Shown here: positions 60,573 through 64,000 of the stretch, in pieces
Position numbering within the stretch: the first letter of the stretch is position 1
How the letters are laid out: every line of letters starts with the position of its first letter
NCBI GenBank assembly: GCA_964612615.1
Contig: CAZTDH010000001.1
Location: forward strand, 14,977-78,976
Length of the DNA stretch: 64,000 bases
Reading direction: 5' to 3'
Source: an uncultured Paludibacter sp.
Lineage (GTDB): Bacteria > Bacteroidota > Bacteroidia > Bacteroidales > Paludibacteraceae
Made by a program: the position numbers and the translations under genes
Notes under the pieces: generated by a model
Seen by the model: the letters and a program-made list of their open reading frames with translations, nothing else
Database searches by the model: none
What the model was told of the DNA's origin: nothing

Positions 60573-63551
60573 TTAAATGCCAATACTAATTCCAATTGAT
60601 AATGTCCTGTTTGTTGGATAAGCATCTAATTCGATACCTGCCGTTGTCAATGGATTTCCATTGTCTGAACCTGATAATTCGGGTGAAAATCCTGAATACT
60701 TCGTAAAGATGAATGGATTTGTAGCGGTGATAAATACCCGTAATTTAGTTATCTGTTTTACTACTTTAGGCATTGTATATCCAATGGTTATGTTGTTCAC
60801 CCGTAAGAATGAGCCATCTTCAACATAGTATGTGGAAGCCAGCGGAGTGTCCGAGAAAGGTCTTGGATTTACATAAGACAGACCCGGCGCTGATGGTATC
60901 CAAAAGTTTACCAACTCGCTGCGTTCAATGTTTTCACCACCCCATCGTTGTGCTTTTTTTCCATTAAACACCTTATTTCCACCTACTCCATACCAATCGG
61001 TTGAAATATCAAAATGTTTGTATTCAATTCCGAAATTAAACCCGTAGGTATATTTGGGTATGTATGAGCCGGCATTGACTCTGCCTGTAGAATAGGTAAA
61101 TCCTCCGTCGACATTGTAACCCGTGGTTTGATACACGTAGAATGAACCAATCGGGTCGCCTTTATGAATTTCCTTGGTATATTGTCCGTTTCCCAAATCG
61201 CCACCGGTCAACTTATCAAAATAACCGCTGTAAATTTCTGTAATGGCATTACTGTTTAAAGCCAGATTTACACCCACCTTATAAGTCAAAGATTCACCAA
61301 TTTTATCCTCCCAGTTTATAACTGTTTCGATTCCACTGTTTTGAACCACACCGGCATTTAAAAATACCGGATCAGGAGATAGAATTGTTGGTAGTTTTAC
61401 CGGTAAAATCACATTATCGGTTTTACGGGTATACAGGTCAATTGAACCTGATAAACGTTGATGAAGCAATCGGAAATCAATGCCACCGCCAAATTCTTTG
61501 GTAGTTTCCCATGTCAGATTTGGATCTACGGCATAAGGCACATACGAGCCCGGATAAATGGTTTCGCCAACACCAAACGGATAACTTGCACCATTTTGGA
61601 ACAATACCTGATTCACGGAAGGACAAGCGTTTCCATTACCAATTTCGCCATAACCACCTCTTATTTTTACATAATCAATCACCGAACTCAACGATTCAAA
61701 GAAACTTTCGCTGCTGATTACCCAACCACCTGAAACTGCCGGAAACATTCCCCATTTATTAGTTCCCTGAAAGTCGCTGATGCCGTCGCGTCTCAACGAT
61801 GCAGTAAGCAAATACTTTTTGTTATAATTATAATCTACCCTTCCAAAGTATCCCACATTTACGAGCGGAGTTTGACTGGAATTTGAAATCAGTGACGATG
61901 GAGCTGTTTTATCATCGTTTTTAGATAAATCCAGACTCCAGTAATTTGATTGCGATGGAACATTATAACGGGTTGCCGATAAATCCTGACTTGTGCGGGA
62001 AGTAGAGCGGGTCATCCCAAGTACGGCAGTCAGTGAGTGGTTGCCAAAATCTTTCGAATAAGTCAGGTAATTATCCCAGTTCCAGACATAAAAGTCGCTT
62101 CTGCGCTGTTGCAGGGTGCTGTAGTATTTGTCTGGAAACTCAGTACCTGTTGGATTCTGACTGAACCAGTTTTGTTCGTTTGGAGTATAGGTATAGCCTT
62201 GTCCGGTGTCATAAGTAGCTCCATAATTTGAGTTGAATTTCAAATCATTCGTGATTTTGAATTCAGCACCAATGGTTCCAAAAAGGGTTACATTCTTGTT
62301 TTCTTCAACATTGTAATCCAACATAGCAACTGGATTGGGAACGTTGTTGAATTTATCGCCGGTAACGCCAATCTGACTTGTTGTGCCATCCAGGAAAGGC
62401 ATTCCCCATTTTCCATCAGCGTATTTCACAGGCATCATGGGAGCTTGTTTGTAGGCTGCCGTAAATGCACTTAATGGCTTGGGAGTGTTGTTTGTTATGG
62501 ATAAATTGAAGGTTTGAGTTATCTTCAGCCTGTTTTTGAATAACTTATATTCATTTTTGCTGATAATATTGGTGCGGTTGTAATCTGTTCCTTTCAAAAT
62601 ACCCTGTTCGGTATAACGGGATGCACCAAAATAGAAGTTCACATTTTCTTCGCCACCCGATAATGAAATGGCATTATTAGTTGTAACCCCTGTTCGGGTT
62701 ATTTCGTTTAGCCAGTTGGTGTTATAGGGTTGATTGGTATCAAATTTCGATCTGCCGGAGGCAAAATTCTGATAATACGCAAATCGGTACGAATCGGCCA
62801 TATCAATGGTTTTCAACATGCCTTTAAAACCCACATTTCCATCATAGTTTACTCTGATTGCTCCTTTGGTTCCTTTTTTGGTAGTAACGAGTATTACTCC
62901 ACTTGCAGCCTTGTTACCATAAATTGCCAACGAAGAAGCGTCTTTCAATACGTCAATTGTTGCTATATCATTAGCACTCAGACCATTTAAGCTTGTGGCT
63001 TCCACTCCATCAATTATATATAGCGGACTTCTTCCTCCCAACACGGTGTTGATACCACGAATCATAACGGTTGGTTGTTTGCCTGGCTCATCAGTGGCAA
63101 TAATGTTTACACCGGAAGCTTTTCCCTGAATGGATTGAATGGCCGACTGTGCCGGAGTTTTGAGAATATCGGCAGACTTAACCTGAACTACTGAACCTGT
63201 AACAGCACCGGCTTTTTTTGTACCATAACCAACAACGATTACCTCTTCCAACGATTTTGAATCCGGAATAAGCTGAATATGAAGTTTGTTGTTCTTTACG
63301 ACTACCTCCTGACTTTCGTAACCGATATAAGATACTACCAGGGTTGCATTTGTTGGAACATTCACACTAAATGCTCCATCTATATTGGTGATAGTTCCGT
63401 TGTTTGTTCCTTTCTGAACCACGGAAGCACCTATTAATGTTTCGCCTGTTTTTTTGTCAACAATAACGCCGCTCACACCCAAGTTCTGAGCCCACAACGT
63501 GCCTGCACCAACAAGCGCAATCAGTAAAAGTAACGTAATTTTTTTTCTCAT
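60573..63551 (-). CDS. susC: SusC-like TonB-dependent transporter
   Basis: GETLIGASV..GTITNIDG, DVLKDASSLAIYGNKAASGVILVTTKKG, YSGFSPE..YPTNRT. Confidence 0.96.
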   Translation of the reverse strand: MRKKITLLLLIALVGAGTLWAQNLGVSGVIVDKKTGETLIGASVVQKGTNNGTITNIDGAFSVNVPTNATLVVSYIGYESQEVVVKNNKLHIQLIPDSKSLEEVIVVGYGTKKAGAVTGSVVQVKSADILKTPAQSAIQSIQGKASGVNIIATDEPGKQPTVMIRGINTVLGGRSPLYIIDGVEATSLNGLSANDIATIDVLKDASSLAIYGNKAASGVILVTTKKGTKGAIRVNYDGNVGFKGMLKTIDMADSYRFAYYQNFASGRSKFDTNQPYNTNWLNEITRTGVTTNNAISLSGGEENVNFYFGASRYTEQGILKGTDYNRTNIISKNEYKLFKNRLKITQTFNLSITNNTPKPLSAFTAAYKQAPMMPVKYADGKWGMPFLDGTTSQIGVTGDKFNNVPNPVAMLDYNVEENKNVTLFGTIGAEFKITNDLKFNSNYGATYDTGQGYTYTPNEQNWFSQNPTGTEFPDKYYSTLQQRRSDFYVWNWDNYLTYSKDFGNHSLTAVLGMTRSTSRTSQDLSATRYNVPSQSNYWSLDLSKNDDKTAPSSLISNSSQTPLVNVGYFGRVDYNYNKKYLLTASLRRDGISDFQGTNKWGMFPAVSGGWVISSESFFESLSSVIDYVKIRGGYGEIGNGNACPSVNQVLFQNGASYPFGVGETIYPGSYVPYAVDPNLTWETTKEFGGGIDFRLLHQRLSGSIDLYTRKTDNVILPVKLPTILSPDPVFLNAGVVQNSGIETVINWEDKIGESLTYKVGVNLALNSNAITEIYSGYFDKLTGGDLGNGQYTKEIHKGDPIGSFYVYQTTGYNVDGGFTYSTGRVNAGSYIPKYTYGFNFGIEYKHFDISTDWYGVGGNKVFNGKKAQRWGGENIERSELVNFWIPSAPGLSYVNPRPFSDTPLASTYYVEDGSFLRVNNITIGYTMPKVVKQITKLRVFITATNPFIFTKYSGFSPELSGSDNGNPLTTAGIELDAYPTNRTLSIGISIGI

Positions 63552-63606
63552 GATATAGTAGTATAAAGTATTTAAAGTTCAACGTTTATAAAGTCGTACT
63601 TGCTGT

Positions 63607-63999
63607 TTATGGCTTACCGCTATAGGTAAATCCCAGCTTTTCTAACCCCTTGTGAATCTCCGGATTACTCATAAATAACTTCCAAAGCAATCCGCTGCGG
63701 TAATTTTCAATCATAACGGCTATAGGCCCCTGGTCTATGGCTAAGTAGCTGTGAACAACCTGCTGACCTTCAACCAGTCCTTCGTTATACGCATCGTAAA
63801 ATCCATATTTCCCGAATAGAATGTTGCCTTTATCGTAATAGAAATGTTTTAATGCCTCCATCGATTCGTTTGGCGTGTAAACAACCGATGCGAGTGCTGC
63901 TGTAGGTGAAATTGTTCCGTTATCGTCAGTCGTATTCAAATCATGCGAACTGTAGCCGTTAATCGGATCGTCGGAAGAAGTGAATCCCCAACAATTAGC
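63607..63999 (-). CDS. Second GH144-family protein, 3' end only
   Basis: Frame is open to the window edge: ANCWGFTSSDD..GTISPTAAL..YGFYDAYN..YLAIDQGPIAVMIENYRSGLLW; paralogous to the C-terminus of 56370-58019. Confidence 0.85.
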   Translation of the reverse strand, partial: ANCWGFTSSDDPINGYSSHDLNTTDDNGTISPTAALASVVYTPNESMEALKHFYYDKGNILFGKYGFYDAYNEGLVEGQQVVHSYLAIDQGPIAVMIENYRSGLLWKLFMSNPEIHKGLEKLGFTYSGKP

Positions 64000-64000
64000 G

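Noticed and set aside
1-64000. CRISPR arrays, tRNA/rRNA genes, IS elements, integrases, invertible promoters
   Set aside because: No regularly spaced repeats, RNA-gene signatures, transposase/recombinase motifs or promoter-flanking inverted repeats were seen by eye; short ncRNAs cannot be excluded without a covariance-model search.

Overview
Bacteroidales (Paludibacter-like by gene content; no taxonomic marker checked) chromosomal window. Positions 1410-43497 form a large beta-1,3-glucan utilisation locus: a membrane sensor with a LuxR-type HTH, susC/susD, three GH16, a 1587-aa multimodular GH81, a clan GH-A enzyme, three non-catalytic T9SS-secreted binding proteins, two GPH-family MFS transporters and a GH149 phosphorylase. 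A 13-gene Wzx/Wzy surface-polysaccharide biosynthesis cluster (19443-32074) sits in the middle of it on the same strand and is rich in amino-sugar and aminoacyl/acyl-transfer enzymes. The main hypothesis, which is inference, is that this locus makes its own amino-acid-decorated anchor glycan for surface display of its T9SS-secreted enzymes. Downstream are a His/Gly-rich PepSY-like lipoprotein, the housekeeping block dut-TPR-DUF4292-M23-parE, an AT-rich type II restriction-modification pair, tadA, a foreign-looking T9SS cargo gene, a metallophosphoesterase, and the 3' part of a minus-strand beta-1,2-glucan (GH144) PUL. No rRNA, tRNA, CRISPR array, transposase or integrase was seen. All family calls come from motif recognition by eye, not from database searches.
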